Assembly: GCA_013239625.1 (NCBI GenBank)
Contig: MU053588.1
Span: 707,988-771,987 of the forward strand
Reading direction: 5' to 3'
Length of the DNA: 64,000 nucleotides
Origin: Lama guanicoe
Lineage: Eukaryota
Part shown: positions 25,051-36,830 of the stretch, in pieces
How positions within the stretch are numbered: position 1 is the stretch's first letter
Layout of the letters: the number at the start of each line of letters is the position of its first letter
Position numbers and translations under genes: made by a program
Notes under the pieces: model-generated
What the model was told of the DNA's origin: nothing
What the model saw: the letters and a program-made list of their open reading frames with translations, nothing else
Databases searched by the model: none

Positions 25051-25279
25051 ACTCAGTCTTGCTCATCTAGTTCTCATGTTCTCTCCTCCTAAACCACAAT
25101 GACTGTAAGCCCATTCTGTGGGAAATTCTGCAGCTGGCTTTCTACCTGCTGTTGAAGAGAGAGCAGGAGTCTGGTCCTAAGGCATGAGGATACTTTAAAC
25201 GGTAGAGGTTGCTAGAAGGATTTCTGTATTGTAGAACACTGTCCATTGGTCATCTGCTTTGTAAGCCACAGTATCGTCT

Positions 25280-25700
25280 GAAAGCACATGTGGCTGCCAG
25301 TAGCAGAGGTCAGAAGTAACAGTGCTGTAAACTCAGTGGAAGGTAGTTTCTCTTATGAGTAAAATGTCCTGAGATCGGCCATCTGGGGCTGGGGTGGCAG
25401 CTCCACTGTCCTCAGGTAAAGCAAGATCCTTCTATCTTTCTACTTAACCACTCCTAGCACAAAGCTTTCATCTGTGAGTTGGCTTCGTGGTCCACTGTGA
25501 CTGCTGGATTCAAGCCAGTGAGTCTGTAGTCCAGGTGGGACTCGGGGTAGGGAAGGGACACAAAAGTGTAGTCCAGCTCTTTATTCTTGGTCAGGAATTT
25601 TCCTTGAAGTCTCACAGCAACATCTGCCTACCTCTTGTTGAGCACGCATAGCTGCAAGGCAGGCTGGGAAATGTAGTCTTAGCTGAGCATTCCAAGAAGA
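25280..25700 (-). mobile_element. MLT1-type LTR
   Basis: tagctgcaaggcaggctgggaaatgtagtctt. Confidence 0.7.
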
Positions 25701-25939
25701 AAGGGAAGAATCACTACTAGGCGGTCAGCGAGCACCAGCAAGTCCACCTCCTGCCCTTAGTACCCTGGGCCATGGCAGCCAGCTTCTGCCCACTGGCCTG
25801 GACCTTCAAGCCTCCCTCTTTCCGTGAGTGGCCAGAATCAGAGCAGTGCCTTTCTCTGTCTGGTTGACCAGAAGGTGAGATTTTGAAGCTTCTCAAGGGC
25901 CTTCAGTTCAAAAAACTGACCAATCACCAGCAATTAGAC

Positions 25940-26075
25940 TAATGATAACTGACCTTTACTGAACACTTACTACATGACAGATCCTGGTGTACATACTTTT
26001 CATGGAGTAATTTCCTTCCTCCTCATCCCCATTTTACAGATGAGGAGACCGAGGCACAGAGAGATTAGGTAACCG
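25940..26075 (-). mobile_element. MIR SINE
   Basis: ccccattttacagatgaggagaccgaggcacagagag. Confidence 0.85.
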
Positions 26076-27254
26076 CAGACATTCCCACTGCTAATGATGG
26101 TGTTTTCATTCTTCCCTTTCAATATATATAATGAATAAGAGGATTAAAAATAAAGCCTGACCTATTTTGGTAGATTGGCCAGTGTTCTGTCTCTCATCTG
26201 ATGAGCTGAGGTCTAGAGAGTGCTTTGTGGAAGAGCACTCAGCAGTCGAAAGCACATTGACAAGCTGTTTTCATAGGAGTGCAGGAAGGGGCTTAGCTCT
26301 TGGCACATCCAGCAAATGCCTGGTGACAGGAGGAAAAAGGATTCACAAGCTCTGCAGGATTTCCCCAGCCCGTGAGCCTGCAGCCAGCAGACCACAAAGC
26401 AGTTGTGCCCGTGGGCTGGGCCTGGCCTTTAAAATCATGGTCTCCCCGACTGCTCTTTGAGGTCTGTGGGGAGAAAGAAGGCTGTTCCTCATTTAGGTCC
26501 TGAGAATTAATTCAGGCACCAGGTCATCTGTCTGATGCCTCTGATCAGCATGCTTGGTAGAAACCTTTGATTCCCAAAGTTCACCTCTGAGTTGAGGGTT
26601 TTGGAGACACCTTCAGGTCCCTACAGTGGCTGATCACAGACTCTCTGGGGTGACGGCCCAGCCTGTCCATAGCAAGGTTCTCATTAGGAATGCATCCGGC
26701 TGCAAGTATCCAACTATACAGGGGACACTGTCACTTCAACACATCACAGTCTATCTCCTATAACATCTGGACGGAGAGGATGGGGCTCAGAGGCTTGGCA
26801 GGGTCAACGCCAGTGCTGCTCTGACTCTCTTGTCCCCTGGTGGCCACAGGATGGCTGCTGCACCCCCCTCCCCAAGAGGCTGGGGCACCCCCAGGGTTCA
26901 GCCCTCCTGTTCCAGCAGAGTAGTGTTCTGGGGACAAGAGGGAACCTCTCAAATCCAGGCATCACATCCACATTCCAAGCTAGAAAAAGACAGACTGGCA
27001 AAGGGGCAGAGGACTGTGTGGATGTGACTCTGTGAGGAGGGCAAAGACTTTCCTGGAATCCCTGGATGAGAACCCATCACTTACCCCAAAGTGAAGGCAT
27101 GCTTCTATGTTACCCTCTAGCCATACTCGTGTTTTCCTTTTGTATTTAGGTCTTGGATCCACCTGAAAACAATGTCTGAGTGTGGAATGAGATTGAGTTC
27201 AAGGCCAAACCTTTACTCCTAACTCTGTGCTTGGGAAGTGGCATTGCTGGTAGT

Positions 27255-27440
27255 CCTAGAGCCAGACCCACTGGGTTCTCGTCCATCCTGGCTGTGTGAT
27301 CTTGGGCAGGTTACTTCTCTGTGCATCAGTTTTCCGGTCTGTTAAAAATGGGGATGCTAGTAGACCCAACTTCACAGGATTGTTATCATGGTTAAATGAG
27401 TTGATAGTTAACTGAAAACAGTACCTGGCATGTAGTAAAA
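27255..27440 (+). mobile_element. MIR SINE
   Basis: gctgtgtgatcttgggcaggttacttctctgtgcatcagtttt. Confidence 0.85.
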
Positions 27441-29369
27441 TCAAAGCAAAAGCCTCACGCTTCAAGTCAAAATGAGAATTTGCAAGGCCACATGAGTCTG
27501 GGAACTTGGCAGTCAGTGGAGGAGGTAAAGTGTGTCACTGAGATCACTGTCTCTTTTCCTTTATAAGAAATTGCCAAACCATTCTCTCAAAATGTCTGTC
27601 CCAGTGTACACAGTGACTTCCCCTTATTCTACAACTTCGGTACGTTTGGTGGTGTCAGACTTACATTTTGGCTAGTCTGCTGGGCACCAAATGGTCACGT
27701 ATTGATGCTTCCCCAAGCAGTTTCTCTGCAGAGGTCTGTTGCATGCCCCTCTACCACGGAGTTACTTGTGCTATGCTGGGGGCAGGACAGCCATTAGGCC
27801 CCCAGCACAGAGGAGTCCTCAGAGCTCTGTGTTCAGAGCCCAGTACCACGATGCTTTATCTTGGTAGGGGGCAAGGGAGAGCCTGAGGAAAGGACAGAAG
27901 ATGATGATATGAGACCCTTGAAGTCAGTGATCCAGCCTTAGTCATATTTGTGGACTGAATCAATCGGTGAGAGACTTAGTGCTGACTCGCTGGTGTATGC
28001 TATTAATGGAATATAGGTCGTAAAAGAAAACGTGATTCATTACAAGATGATCCCTGAGGCTGTCATACGGTATAGCAGTTGAGGGCCTAGATTTTCCCAA
28101 AGCAAAGTCCTTTCTTCACATAAGCAGCTTTTCTTTGTCAGCAGGTGGGTAGAGGCAGTTGAATGAACAGGTGTTTTCCTAAGTTACTCTTTCAAAGACT
28201 GGATGAGATGGGAATAATGGGAATCGTCTCTAAATGAAGGGTGATTGAACCACTTTATTAGTAGGTGAGTAGGTCCCTGATGCCCCAGTATGAAGCTGTG
28301 GTAAAGCCTAGAAAGGAGAATGCAGCTGTAGCAAAGGCCCCAGTGGGCTTGGTCCTCCTTCACCTCAAATCTAAATGCCCAGATCAGCCGCTTCCACAAC
28401 TGGCTGCCCCCATCACCACCTGGTCAGGAGGGGTGCGTGTGACCAGGTCACCTTAGAGGTTGGGTGCCCAGGATGTGTGTCCTGTTCCAAGACAGAAAGT
28501 GGAAGAGGAAGCAGCCATCTCTGGGCTCAGGGAAAGAAGAGGTGGTAGGTCGGGTCGCAGCTCTGGGGCTGGTAACCCTGCCCCCTGGGAAAGCGGGTGC
28601 CAGCAACAGTCACAGGCTCCGACTGGTCAGACCAGCCACCCCTCTTCCTTACTTGGTCTTCGTGGAGAGGTGTGAGTGAGTTGATGGAAATATGGGGGCA
28701 GACGTGCAGGAACAGAAGGGCCAGGTGCACAGGCTGCTTTGGGGCCAGGGGAGCAGCACCCTGGTCTCCTGGGCCCTGCAGAAGCGCCTCTCACAGAGCC
28801 AGGCTTGACAGGATTTCAGTGAGGATCAAAACCAAGGTCATTAACATGTAAATACCTTGAAATGCGATACAAGAGATTGGTTTTCAGGATGCTGATTGCG
28901 GGATAATAGAACTTTTGCAGACACTTCCCTGAAAGGCCATTTTATAAAACAGAGAAAAGTGGAGCTGCTGTAGGTGAATGGGGGTGCAGAGGCCCGGAGC
29001 CTCACGCTCCGTCCTTTACCCTCTGCGGACTCCCCAAGGGCCATGCTCAGGGGAATTCAAACTGAACCGCCTGGGGCCCTAGGGAGGCCTGGCTCTGCCT
29101 CTAGCTACCTTGGCCCCAAGCAAGTCATCTCAGCATTCTGAACCTCAGTTTCCTTATCCATCAAGTGGGCAGATCAGACTAGATTGAAGAGTTCTTCACT
29201 CATTTCCTGTGAACCGAGGCTTCAGAGGTCTGTGACATCCTTGAGACGGTTTTCTGTGTGTTTTCCTGGAGAGACGTGACATAGTTTACTTTTGTCAGCT
29301 CCTCAGAAGGATTATGTTCCCCCAAACATGAAGGAGCACTGTGTTGATCTCTGAGGTCCCTCTCAGTTC

Positions 29370-29750
29370 TGTCAGTCAGTTATTTTTGTTGTGAATGACA
29401 GTCTCTCCCCGATTCACACTGGCTCAGACTGCAAAGGGAAGTTAATGGCTCCAGGACCTGAAAATCCCAGAGCTGGCCTGTCTGGAGTCCGTGCTCAGGT
29501 ATTCTTGTCAGGAATCCGTTCTGCCTCTCTCTGCTTTGACTTCATTACTGGGTGTCCATCCCCTCCCCCAGGTGGCAGAGAAGCCCTCAACAGCCCCTGC
29601 CTTACGTCCCATCCCTTTGCCCCAGTAATCCAGCAAGATTCCCAGGGCCAACTCTGATTGGCCATGCTTGGATTGTGCGTCTCTCCCAGAACCAATCACT
29701 GTGGCTGAGGGGAGGACCCATCAGGCTAGGAGTCAGGCCAGGGCACCCTC
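29370..29750 (-). mobile_element. Old MaLR/ERVL LTR remnant
   Basis: ctctgattggccatgcttgg...gaaccaatcactgtggctgaggg. Confidence 0.6.
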
Positions 29751-30049
29751 TCACCCCCAAGTCCTCTAATCTATGCTTCTGTTTCTTGGTATAAACCCTG
29801 GGAGGCAAGGTTTGCAGCCCTAAGACTGGAACCTATTCAGCAGATGAGCCAGAGCCGTTGCTCTGGTGGGTGCTGGGATTGCAAGGCAACTCCAAGGCCA
29901 TCCTCCCTTCCGGGTAGTATAAGAGGGACTATGGGATGTCTGGGGTCCTGGCTGAATTCCTGGCCCTGTAGCCTACCTGTGCTGCTATTTCCACAACTCC
30001 TTGGCATCTTCCTCTCTGCTGCAGCCCCTCCTGTGTATCAGGGACCCCA

Positions 30050-30435
30050 GACTGACGGACGTCATGGCTTCCTCCACAGGACAGGAAGTAGATTCCCAGC
30101 TCAGAGAGCTGTGGCACCCCTGCACGTCACTGCTGATGTACCTTTAAAGAGCCATATACGTCACTCTAGAGAAAGAAAGTGGGGGGTGGGAATGAGAGTG
30201 GCAGAAAAGCAATTTCCGATGCAATTTAAAAGGCAGTGATTACAATTTTATAGGAGCTTTATTTCAGGGGCTTCCTGATCATCCCAGGAATTTTTTTTAA
30301 TGGGAAGTTTGGTGATAAGGGAAAATGTTCTGGGTGCTTCTGTTTCCCTCCTGCTCTGCTGAGCATCTTGAAAACCGAAATTGTTAGCCTTTCATAAACC
30401 AGCTTTAGGGATAGCAACTACCCAAGAGGTTAGTT
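30050..30435 (+). promoter_or_regulatory. Candidate enhancer / alternative promoter
   Basis: Three ACGTCA half-CREs, CAGGAAGT, TGATAA, GAAAACCGAAA, donor-like GAG|GTTAGT, in apparently repeat-free DNA. Confidence 0.3.
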
Positions 30436-30579
30436 ATGAATTTTTAAAGAGTGTGTGTTTTTCTGCATGTGCTGATTCTGTGTATAGTAACTGTTTCTAA
30501 TTTTATTTTGTGCTTTCCTAAGTGGCTTGGTAGTGAGCTCTGGGAATTGTCAAGAGCTGTACTCACTTCTTCCCTTCTG

Positions 30580-30990
30580 TGTTAGTTGAGAGTCATTCGA
30601 TTGCGTGAATAGCAATTCAGGTCAGCCTGCTCAAGTATAAAAGGAAGTGTTTGAACTCATAGCCTGCGACATTCTATGTGTAATGGCTTCAAGGGTGGGT
30701 GGATCCAGGGCCTCACGTGGGGTTGCCAGGACCCTGTTTCCTTCCATCCCCTGGCTCTGCAGTCCTCTCGGTTTTATTGTTGGGTAGGCTCTGAGTCAGC
30801 TCCACATATGCATCCAGCCAGCTTAGCAGCCCCAGGGATTTCCCCATAATCCCAGCACGTGTCCCTAGACTTGTTTAGTGGACCTAATCAGCCTGGCTTT
30901 GGTGCCAGGGCCTCCTTGAGCCATATCTGAGGTCAGGGTGGGGAGAGGGGGTGCAATTGCTTTATTGGCCAAGCCTGGGTTTTATGACAC
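30580..30990 (-). mobile_element. MLT1-type LTR remnant
   Basis: ggcttcaagggtgggtggatccagggcctc...tattggccaagcctggg. Confidence 0.55.
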
Positions 30991-31235
30991 CCTCCCCTTC
31001 CCTACCAACCTATGGGTGGGACATTCCCACAGGAATTCTGTGAGCTGGGTGGGAAAGGTGAGGTTCAGGGAGCTAACTGAGAAAGGGAAACGGATGTAGG
31101 GTGGGCCAAAATCCCCAGTGCTCAGGACCCCTTCTTCCCCTACAAAGTTCACAAGGATCTGAATCTTCCCCACACCCCCCAGTTGTTATCTTCCCTGGGC
31201 GCACCCTCCACCTTTACCCTACCTCAGGGTGGGCT

Positions 31236-31759
31236 TAGGGCTTCTTAATCTGGGTCCATGGACCGTTGAAGGGTCCTTGGATGGAATTTAGAGGATCATG
31301 AAGTTGGCTAGGGAAGAAATTACGTCTTTATTTTCTTTACCATCTAACTGATATTTAGCATTTTCATGTCTTCTGAACAAGGACCACAAGCTACAATCGT
31401 ATTAACAACACCCGTGACTGTTGCCGCTAGAAATAAAAAATATTTCCATATCACATTACAGTTGTTGCAGATATTACAAAATATCATTTACACTCATCCA
31501 TTTCTAAATTATTATAGTTATTGGACCCATCACTAAGATCTCATAATTTAAAGCATTCATAAAGAAGCACAAATATTACTGTATCTCGGATTAGGTTTTG
31601 TCTTACAGATATTTTGATATGTGAATATAATAGATTTCCTTTGTGGTCTAGTGTATAGTGTTTTGTACATTTAAAGACGTGATTCTGAGAAAACGTCCAC
31701 ACCCTTCTTCCCCAGGCTGCCAACAGGTGTCCCTGGCCTGAGAAAGGTTAAGAACTAAG
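31236..31759. mobile_element. MER113-like hAT-Charlie element
   Basis: Starts agggcttcttaatctgggtccatggac and ends aaggttaagaac (degenerate terminal inverted repeats, TIRs); about 520 bp. Confidence 0.75.
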
Positions 31760-32019
31760 ACCTCTTTTGGCTTCTGCAGAATCCCCAGAGGGGCAAGATT
31801 ATTGAAGCCATCCTGTTTCTTGACTCTGAAAAGTGGGCCAGCTGCCTGCTAGGTTTCCTTCCTGGGAGGCCCCCTGGAGGAGCTGGTTGGCATTTGAGGT
31901 CGGTCTTGGTGTGTGGGTGGCAGGTGGATACGGCAGCAGTAGGGAAGGTGGGAGAGGTATTGTCAACCTGCAGTCAGCCCTCTCTTCACTGACCTCTGTG
32001 ACCATGTGGCCTGGCCAAG

Positions 32020-32230
32020 AAGTCGAGAACAGACTGGAGCCAGGCTGCCTGGGTTCATCCCACCTCTAAAACTTTAGACTGGCTGGGCAGCCTCAGCTAG
32101 GGGGTTCTTGACCCACTCTGTGTCTCAGGGCCCTCATCTGTAGCAGGGATGTAATGGTGTGCCTAGGTCTTAGGGTTCTTGGGAGAATGAAGCAAGTCGG
32201 CCCATTCTGCTGGGACAGAGCCTCACACAT
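32020..32230 (+). mobile_element. MIR SINE
   Basis: gactggagccaggctgcctgggttcatccc...cctcatctgtagcagggat. Confidence 0.7.
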
Positions 32231-32509
32231 AGGGAGTGAGAGTCATTATTTCACGGCCATTCTGTAGGAAGGTTCTAGGTTGTCCTCTCAGATTTCATCT
32301 CCCTGGTTTAGTAAGTGCCTGACCTAAACCAAGATGTGATGGTGAACAATACAGACAGTGGCTTCTCAGCCTGGAGACATTCATTCATCCATGAAGTACT
32401 CATTCAGATATGAACCACCATGCTAAATATTCAAAAACATCAATTAATAATACAAAGTTACAAGTCAGGACAAGTGCTTTTTCTCTTCCACCCCTCTGCT
32501 CACGATGGT

Positions 32510-32960
32510 CTGAAGGAAACATCCTTATAATGACTGTCCCTCTACCCCCGTCACCTCCCTGCCCTCACCCCCCTCTCTCACCCTGCACCAGGGACACGGG
32601 CCTCCTGCTGCTCCTGACCCCCCACCCTCCCCAACCTCGACCCCAGGTCCTGTGCCTGGTCCTGCCCGCGGCCCGGCCGGCTCTTTCCCAGGTAGTTACA
32701 CTGCTGGCAGTCACCTGTATTCACGTCTCTGTCCTTTCCTCAGGCCCTCACTCTGGGAAGTCACAGCCCCGTTGCTCCCCTCACCCTGCCTGGTCCCCAG
32801 CTAGGTGCTGGCTGCTCCCTGACTGCGGGCTGTGTTTGTTTCCCGTCTTCCTCCCCTGCTGGAGTGTCGGCTCCCCGAGGATAGCTACTTCGTCTTGGTC
32901 ACTGGGGTACCTGGCACAGAGCCGACGTTCAATAAATATTTATTGAGGGAGTGAATTCAT
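32510..32960 (+). mobile_element. L2 3' end
   Basis: cctggcacagagccgacgttcaataaatatttattgagggagtgaa. Confidence 0.75.
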
Positions 32961-33029
32961 GAGTGACAGATGGATACTTCAGCAGGAAGCCTCAAGTTCA
33001 CATAACCTCGTTTTTTTCCCTCTCCGTAG

Positions 33030-33097
33030 ATGCACAGTCTTTGACCTTGGCTCTCCTGGGACCCACAAGGAGCACTAGTGTCCAGAACATACTAAGG
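33030..33097 (+). other. Candidate 68-nt internal exon (probably non-coding/5' UTR) of an unidentified gene
   Basis: Branch-like CATAAC at 33001, pyrimidine tract tttttttccctctccgtag, donor AGG|GTGAGT at 33098. Confidence 0.5.
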
Positions 33098-33181
33098 GTG
33101 AGTGTAGTGTGGCTGTTTGACTTTTGTTTGCTTAAGTTTTATAGCTAGTACACGTGAAATGCTGTATTATTTTTTTAAAAA

Positions 33182-33232
33182 TATCTATCTATCTATCTAT
33201 CTATCTACCTACCTACCTACCTACCTACCTAC
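33182..33232. repeat. (TATC)n(TACC)n tetranucleotide microsatellite
   Basis: Seen directly in the sequence. Confidence 0.95.
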
Positions 33233-33239
33233 AAATGTC

Positions 33240-33665
33240 AAGGGAAACATGGAAATCTCCTTCACTGTCCCTCCCAACCCCCACAGTCTGGCTTCTTCCC
33301 TCCAAGGTGATTATGGTCAGTAGTTGGATGGGTGTCCTGCCAGACCTCTCCCTGTTCATGAACATTCCTACTTACGCATGTACACGCTTGTTGTTTTAAT
33401 TTGCTGTATAAAGGAAAAAGCAGCAGGACATTTCTGCAGCCTATTTGCCACTGTCCCCAGTGGTAGTATGTTTTGGAGATCTTTGTTCATAGCAGACATC
33501 AGTGTATCACATTCTTTTTTTTTTTTAGCTTTTTAATTTCCATTTTTAAAATTTACACAGAGTGAAATTCGCTGTTTGGTATACGGTTCTTTGAGTTTAG
33601 GCAAATGCATGCTGTTGTGTAACTGCCACCGCACTTAAGATACTGGATGTCCCTGTCAACCCCCG
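33240..33665 (-). mobile_element. Old L1 3' fragments (L1ME then L1MB/MC-like)
   Basis: T-run plus tttaaaatttacacagagtgaaattc...ggcaaatgcatgctgttgtgtaactgccacc. Confidence 0.65.
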
Positions 33666-34229
33666 TATGGATGTGTTAGTTGCCTGTAGGCTGAAAATAT
33701 AGTATAGGTAGTTCCACGTAATTAAAAGCTGTACACACTGAAGTACTTACCTGTAATAAAAGATTCTGAATGTTATAATTAAGTTTCTGGGGTTCTTGCT
33801 AGTGAGCATCCTCTTTGGTTTCTTTGGCCTGGATCAAGCAGCGAGGGGGCCTCGGGCTGTGTGGCTTTCCAGGTGGTAGTGGGGACACCAGCCTTTGTTG
33901 GCACGATGCAAGAAGGGGCCCGGAGATGGGGTGCTGTCTGATCCTTGAAGCACCAGGAGACTCTGACAGTGTGGGAAGCGGGAGAACAGAGATTCTGGCG
34001 TCCAGCTCTGGACACAGGTAGTGGTGTTGGCTGAGTTGCCAGGACCAGTGAGTCGAGTCTGGGAAGTGAGTGGATCTAGACAGTGTCTTCTCCCTTGGCT
34101 GTTTATTAGGTCTCTTCCTATTCCTTCCTTTTGGCCTAAGGCTCTGCCCTGGCACCTGGAGCTTGCTTGTGGGACAGTCACCTGGGGCCAGACTTCCATT
34201 AACAGATGCTTTTTAGCACAATTCTTTAT

Positions 34230-35100
34230 TGACTTTTTTATTTTGAAGGAATTTTAGACTGACAAAAAGTTGCAAAAATAGCACAGAGAGTTCACATATC
34301 TACAGTCACCCAGCACCTCCTAGTATTACCATCTTACTCAGCTGTAGCACAACTGTCCACACCAGGAAGTGAACACCGGGCCAGTACTGTGAGCCAAGTG
34401 CAGGCTTTGGTCAGCTTTCACTAGTTCTTTCACTGATTGCCTTTTTCTGTTCCAAGAGCCTATCCAGGATCCCTTATTGCATTTACTTGTCTTGTCTCCT
34501 TAATCGCCTCCAGTCTGTGACAGTTGCTCAGTCTTCACCCTGTCTTTAATGACCATGAGACTCTGGAAGAGAGCAGCTCTTGTTACTTTGTAGACTGTCT
34601 GCATTTGGGTTTGTCTGATGTTTCCTTATGACTACACTGAGCTTCTCCATCATTTGGCAGAACTCCGCAGAGATGGTGCGCCCCCTGCCTCTGCATCGCA
34701 CCTGCGAGTCCACGTGTCTTATCACTGGTGTTGTTAACCCACATCACTCGGTTAGGGTGCTGTCTGTCTGCTGGCTTTCCCCAGTGTGGTGTAACTGTTT
34801 TTCCTTTTATAATCGATAGATATCTTGGGAGAGCTGCTTTGAGACTCTACTCGTTTTTCCCCAAACTTGCACCTGCTAATTTTGGCGTGCATTGGTCAGG
34901 TGAATTTTGCCTGCAACTGTCATTACTGTGGGATGTCCCTAACTTTTTGTATGTGACTTTTGTATGTCCCTCATTCCTTCTACATTTATTAATTGTCCAC
35001 ATAATTAGTTCTGTAAGAAAGACCTGTCCCTTCTCCCTCATTTATTTTAATTATTCAGTTATTAACATAATATCTGTACAGCCTCATAGATAACCCGTTT
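34230..35100 (-). mobile_element. L1MC/MD-type 3' UTR
   Basis: ttattttgaaggaattttagactgacaaaaagttgcaaaaatagcacagagagttc...tttgggtttgtctgatgtttcc. Confidence 0.8.
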
Positions 35101-35254
35101 TATTCTAACACGTTCCTTTTTAATGTGGTAAAAGGTTCCAGTTTCCGAGTGAATTTCTTGTGTTGCCTCTCAGACTGCAGGAACTACGTGGGTAGGATTC
35201 ATTGTTCCGACATGATAACTAGCACCTGGGGGACTGGAAAGCAGGAGACAGGGT

Positions 35255-35540
35255 TTCATTTGTTCATTCATTTCTTTCCTTCACTCAACAAATATGCATT
35301 TCAGCACCTACTGTTGTGTTCCAGGCACTGGGGATTCAGGAATGAACAGAACAGACAAAATCCTTTCCCGCCAGGAACTGACACTCTGCTGGAAGATAAA
35401 ATAATAAACAGATTAACAAGTGAATGTGGGGCTACATTTGGCAGGGATGAGAAAAGCAAGAAAGGGGGCTGATGGGGAGGAACAGGAGGCAGTTGTAAAT
35501 GAGGTAATCAAGGAAGGCCTCTCTGAGGAGGTGCTGAAGG
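35255..35540 (-). mobile_element. L2 3' end
   Basis: cactcaacaaatatgcatttcagcacctactgttgtgttccaggcactg. Confidence 0.85.
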
Positions 35541-36124
35541 GAAGGAACAAAGTGGGTTCTGACCTAATTCTTCCACCTGCCAGCCAGGAGATCCAAACAC
35601 ATTATCTCACTTCTAAACAAGGCTTTGGGAATTGCAGCAAACAGGAAAATGTGTTCCCTCTGTGAGAGGCAGCGCCCGCTTTGCTCTGGCCCATTTGTCC
35701 CCCTCTGGAAATACCAGGTCTTGCCAGATTTTCTATAATTTTTCCCCAGTAGAAGACAAAAATGATGCATTCTTGATAGTTCTTTGAACCCAAATTAGGC
35801 TACATCAGCTAATTTTTAGAGGCCCATGAATGAATGTGTTTTGTTCATTTTCATTGTATTTAAGTTACCTTTGTAGCCAAAGATACATACACACAGACAC
35901 ACACCACACACACAGACACACAATTAAGTAACTAATTGTACAATGGGACACAGATGCAGCTGAAAGGAAGGGCAGGACGCAGGACAGGTTTGGTAAATGC
36001 TGTTCCGTCTCAGCCTTCCACCCTTTCTCCTCTAGATCAGGGGTTCTCAGCCGGGCACCTGAACTGAGGCTGGCAAGCGATTACCACGGGCATGGGCCCT
36101 GAGCTATTTGTGTCATGGTGGGGG

Positions 36125-36580
36125 CATCAGCCAGGAGTGCTTTCAGCTGCAAGAACAGAAAACCCAGCTCACAACAGCTTAAACAAATGAGGACTGATTT
36201 CTCCCCATAACCACAAACCTAGAGGAACTTGGCTGCCAATGTTAGTTCAGAGGCTGAGTGATGCCCAGGCTGGGGCCTCCTTGATTCACTTGGTCTTTCC
36301 CTCATGGTTGCAAGGCTGCTGCTGCAGTTCCAGCCAGAACAAGTAAGAGGGGGTCAACTCCAGCAGCATGTTTTTTTCAGTTCTGTACCAATTCAACACT
36401 CAGAATCCGCCTCCCTGCCCCTCACCTCGAAGATTCCACTTACATCTCATTGGCCAGAGGTGGGTCACATGGCCTCCCTCAGCTGTAAGGAAGGTGAGAA
36501 ATTTTTTTTAGCTTTTCAGCCTCTCCTGAGGTGGAAGCCAGAGAAAGAGAGGATTGAGGGTTTCAGTTGGATTAGCAGCC
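36125..36580 (-). mobile_element. MLT1-type LTR
   Basis: tgctttcagctgcaagaacagaaaaccc...tcattggccagaggtgggtcacatggcc. Confidence 0.8.
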
Positions 36581-36609
36581 TGGCTCCACAGGGGAAGAAA
36601 AACAGCAGT

Positions 36610-36830
36610 AATTAACAGTAATGGGTGCCGACTCTGTGCCAGACCCTGCTGTAAGCCCTTCACGTGTCTGATCTCATTCAGTCCTTACACCCACCCTGTG
36701 ATGCTGCCGCTCCCAGTGGTAATGACATGGAAACTGAGGCACAGTGTAGTGAAACCCTTTCTTGAGTAAGTAGAGGAGCTGAGGTGGGAACCTTTGCACT
36801 GTCTCCAAAGCCCTCACTCTTGGCCACTAC
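36610..36830 (-). mobile_element. MIR SINE
   Basis: tgtgccagaccctgctgtaagcccttcac...ggaaactgaggcacag. Confidence 0.75.

Noticed and set aside
32410..32946. 178-aa ORF
   Set aside because: Overlaps an L2 3' end; composition is that of GC-rich non-coding DNA.
33745..33768. Minus-strand perfect donor CAG|GTAAGT with a possible 15-nt exon
   Set aside because: The upstream acceptor lacks a pyrimidine tract and repeat orientation favours a plus-strand host; no further support.
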